Source: Macrostomum lignano (lineage: Eukaryota). From it: a stretch of 64,000 nucleotides of DNA. The stretch lies in the NCBI GenBank assembly GCA_002269645.1, contig NIVC01002124.1:124001-188000 (forward strand), in the 5' to 3' direction. Shown one piece after another: positions 60,441-64,000 of this stretch (positions within the stretch are counted from its first letter, which is position 1; every line of letters starts with the position of its first letter). The notes beneath the pieces were generated by a model that saw only the letters and a program-made list of their open reading frames with translations, did not search any database and was not told where the DNA came from. Made by a program: the position numbers and the translations under genes.

Positions 60441-63400
60441 ATGCAGCAGCGAAGTGAATTTGTCGTCTACGTGTAAGTTGTGACACTCTAGTGGCTGTCT
60501 GCTGCGCTTGGGGCAGGGAGTGGGAGATTTCGGGAGTGGCAGATTTCGGGAGTGGGAGATTTCGGGAGTGGCAGATTTCGGGAGTGGGAGATTTCGGGAG
60601 TGGCAGATTTCGGGAGTGGGAGATTTCGGGAGTGGGAGATTTCGGGAGTGGGAGATTTCGGGAATGGGAGATTTCGGGAGTGGGAGATTTCGGGAGTGGG
60701 AGATTTCGGGAGTGGGAGATTTCGGGAGTGAAAGATTTCGGGAGTGGGAGATTTCGGGAGTGGGAGATTTCGGGAGTGGGAGATTTCGGGAATGGGAGAT
60801 TTCGGGAGTGGGAGATTTCGGGAGTGGTAGATTTCGGGAGTGGGAGATTTCGGGAGTGGGAGATTTCGGGAGTGGGAGATTTCGGGAGTGGGAGATTTCG
60901 GGAGTGGGAGATTTCGGTAGTGGGAGATTTCGGGAATGGGAGATTTCGGGAATGGGAGATTTCGGGAGTGGGAGATTTCGGGAGTGGGAGATTTCGGGAA
61001 TGGGAGATTTCGGGAGTGGGAGATTTCGGGAGTGGGAGATTTCGGGAGTGGGAGATTTCGGGAGTGGGAGATTTCGGGAGTGGGAGATTTCGGGAATGGG
61101 AGATTTCGGGAGTGGGAGATTTCGGGAATGGGAGATTTCGGGAATGGGAGCTTTCGGGAGTGGGAGATTTCGGGAGTGGGAGATTTCGGGAATGAGAGAT
61201 TTCGGGAATGAGAGATTTCGGGAGTGGGAGATTTCGGGAGTGGGAGATTTCGGGAATGAGAGATTTCGGGAATGAGAGATTTCGGGAATGAGAGATTTCG
61301 GGAATGGAAGATTTCGGGAACGGGAGATTTCAGGAACGGGAGATTTCAGGAACGGGAGATTTCAGGAACGGGAGATTTCAGGAACGGGAGATTTCAGGAA
61401 CGGGAGATTTCGAGAATCGGAGACTATTGGACATGGGAAATGAGAACTTTTGAGTATAAGGGATTTTAGAGAATCAAGTGACTGCTAACAAAGTTTTAGA
61501 TAATTTCATTACTAGCAATGAAACCAATTTTTTATGCCTCATCAGCCAAGGTGAGTCCTCAGACTCCGCCGCCAGTTCAGACATTCGCCGGCCAGCTCAC
61601 AGTCAGTCCTTCTACGACAAACCGGGAACAGGTGCTGTGGACAGCGTGCCGCCGCAGGAGGCGGACCACCTGTCCATCGACTGCCTCTCGTATCGGCGAG
61701 GAGGCGGTTGCCGGCGAGTCAGACTGGACACCGAGGGCCGGCAAAACCTCGGCAGGGTGGTGAGGGAAGCAGGCGTCTGATGGATAAAATCTTTGATGGG
61801 GGTGACTTACCAAGAGAGTGACTTTCCGTGAGTTAATTTCTTGAGAGTGACTTTCCCGACAGAGTGACTTTCCCGATAGAGTGACTTTCCCGATAGAGTG
61901 ACTTTCCCGATAGAGTGACTTTCCCGACAGAGTGACTTTCCCGATAGAGTGACTTTGCCGATAGAGTGACTTTCCCGACAGAGTGACTTTCCCGACAGAG
62001 TGACTTTCCCGACAGAGTGACTTTCCCGACAGAGTGACTTTCCCGATAGAGTGACTTTCCCGATAGAGTGACTTTCCCGACAGAGTGACTTTCCCGACAG
62101 AGTGACTTTCCCGACAGAGTGACTTTCTCGACAGAGTGACTTTCCCGATAGAGTGACTTTCACGACAGAGTGACTTTTTCGACAGAGTGACTTTCCCGAC
62201 AGAGTGACTTTCCCGACAGAGTGACTTTCCCGATAGAGTGACTTTCCCGACAGAGTGACTTTCCCGACAGAGTAACTTTGCCGACAGAGTGAGTTTCTCT
62301 GTGAGGAGTGACTTTCCCGGCAGAGTGAATTTCTCTGTGAGGAGTGACTTTCCCGGCAGAGTGAATTTCTTTGTGAGGAATGAATTTCCCGACAGAGTGA
62401 CTTTCTCTGTGAGGAGAGATTTCCCCCCGACAGAGTGACTTTCCCGAGAGCGTGAGTTTCTATGTGAAGAGTGACTTTCCCGACAGAGTGACTTTCCTGA
62501 CAGGGTGAGTTTCTCCATGAGGAGTGACTTTCCCGACAGAGTGACTTTCCTGACAGGGTGAGTTTCTCCATGAGGAGTGACTTTCCCGACAGAGTGACTT
62601 TCTGGGAGAGCGGGAGAGTTATTCTTTACTTGAACCTACACTTCTAGAACGGCGAGAACATGTTTTGTTTTATTTCAGGAGCTGCTAGTTGATGAAAATC
62701 CCATCTCAGAGGCGGCATTGGAAGGTAAGCGGCATTTTCACTGCCTCTACAAAATCCATTGTGAAAAATCATCTCCTCGCTTCATCTGCCGCAACCACCT
62801 CGCCTAGTCGCCGACGCCGTGTTTCGCCGAATCGCCGGCCGCGCCCAACTGCAGCCAGAAGGCCTCGCCGCTGCCTGCGGTGCTCTTGGCTTTCACTGCG
62901 GCAGCGATGGCCGTGAAAACGGGGGAGCCGCAGGATGGGCCGGCCTCATCGCTGATGGAGGTGAGATTCTGGAAATTGGTAGGGTGGATCTGTAGATTGA
63001 TAAATAGGGTGGATCTGTAGATTGATAGATAGGGTCCATTTGTAGATTGATAGATAGGGTGGATCTGTAGATTGATAAATAGGGTCGATCTGTAGATTGA
63101 TAGATAGGGTGGATCTGTAGATTGATAAATAGGGTGGATCTGTAGATTGATAGATAGGGTCGATTTGTAGATTGATAGATAGGGTGGATCTGTAGATTGA
63201 TAAATAGGGTCGATCTGTAGATTGATAGATAGGGTGGATCTGTAGATTGATAAATAGGGTGGATCTGTAGATTGATAGATAGGGTGGATCTGTAGATTGA
63301 TAGATAGGGTGGATCTGTAGATTGATAGATAGGGTGGATCTGTAGATTGATAGATAGGGTGGATCTGTAGATTGATAGATTGGGTAGATCAATAAAACTC

Positions 63401-63582
63401 AGCAGACTGACCGAATCCCGCAGGCAGCGGCTGCATCAGCAGGTCAAATTTTCTAGCTATGTTTGCCGCCCAACTGCTCAGAGATCGGGACGCCGCGGCG
63501 GAGGACTTGGGAACGGCGAGAGCAGACTTTGCGCTGGCGCCTGCCGATCTTCGCTGGCTGACTCGGCGAATGGCGAGTAAAG
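60441..63582 (+). CDS. Unidentified multi-exon gene, 5' part: join(60441..60472,61546..61759,62679..62724,62808..62960,63457..63582,>...)
   Basis: TATAAAAG at 60362 and ATG at 60441. Five GT-AG-bounded exons join in consistent phases (2,0,1,1,1) into an open 190-codon frame with GC3-rich codons (MQQRSEFVVYVQGESS...GRVELLVDENPISEAALEVADAVFRRIAG...LRWLTRRMASK). No confident homology. Confidence 0.6.
60520..61430. repeat. 16-bp minisatellite (gggagatttcgggagt) in predicted intron 1
   Basis: ~55 units; the distal units drift. Confidence 0.97.
61815..62605. repeat. 17-bp minisatellite (gagtgactttcccgaca) in predicted intron 2
   Basis: Direct inspection. Confidence 0.95.
62978..63392. repeat. 25-bp minisatellite (gatagggtggatctgtagattgata) in predicted intron 4
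   Basis: Direct inspection. Confidence 0.95.
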
Positions 63583-63894
63583 GTACACCTGTAGTTCGGG
63601 TCTTGTTGACCTTTTGACACTACTTTCAGCAGAAACGTACATTTTTTAAGTTCGAAAAATATTCCTTGCAGAGAGCCAATCGTGGACAGCTTCGTACAGC
63701 GAGTGGAGCCTTGATCCCTACTAAATAATGCAACCGTTTTGCATCAAGTTTAACCGCATTCACTAATACAGACACACTTTTTAAAAATTTATTGCTGCTT
63801 TTTAACAGCTACTGAAAGTAGAATGACAAGAAAAGTTATGGCTAAAATGCGAGTAAATGAAGCATCCATGTTCCCTTCTATCTCCCAAACCCTT

Positions 63895-64000
63895 TTTGTT
63901 CCCCGCTGTCTCCCAACACCCTGTTCGCCGCTGTCTCCCAACACCCTGTTCCCTGCTGTCTCCCAACACCCTGCTCCCTGCTGTCTCCCAACACCCTGTT
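63895..64000. repeat. 25-bp minisatellite (ctgtctcccaacaccctgttccctg), runs off the window
   Basis: Direct inspection. Confidence 0.85.

Noticed and set aside
61805-61810. Minus-strand GTAAGT donor suggesting an antisense exon
   Set aside because: It is a variant of the adjacent 17-bp repeat unit (gaaagtcactc); the plus-strand exon chain explains the region with consistent phases.
33755-63392. Tandem arrays as CRISPR arrays
   Set aside because: Units are contiguous with no unique spacers, there are no cas genes, and the context is eukaryotic and spliced.
5135-63392. Long ORFs made of repeated peptides (e.g. 5135..5767, 35886-36973 set, 41704-42406 set, 53352..54119, 57129..58181, 60491..61275, 61577..62571, 62946..63392)
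   Set aside because: They coincide exactly with minisatellites, are often open in several frames or on both strands, and some lie within predicted introns. They are stop-free by unit composition.

Overview
Eukaryotic (metazoan invertebrate) genomic DNA with GT-AG introns, AT-rich non-coding DNA and GC-rich exons. The high minisatellite load and codon style suggest a flatworm such as Macrostomum, but that is inference only. Left half (1-33 kb): the first four coding exons of a diacylglycerol lipase gene (minus strand, join 21639..21545, 21455..21131, 20436..19976, 6671..6470; splice phases checked by hand). Its 13.3-kb third intron holds two intronless class A GPCR genes plus LINE and Tc1/mariner debris. 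Also here are a spliced, still-open MULE/NOF-like transposase ORF running off the left edge, a gypsy gag relic, a CORE-like SINE and a complete 3-exon MRPS31 gene. Right half (33-64 kb): roughly half tandem repeat. It contains two near-identical achaete-scute bHLH genes in ~1.04-kb inverted arms facing each other across an 11.2-kb repeat-filled spacer, and the 5' part of an unidentified multi-exon gene whose introns carry minisatellites. Most long ORFs in the supplied track are tandem-repeat artefacts. No rRNA, tRNA or CRISPR features were seen. All family assignments come from motif recognition by eye; no database searches were run.
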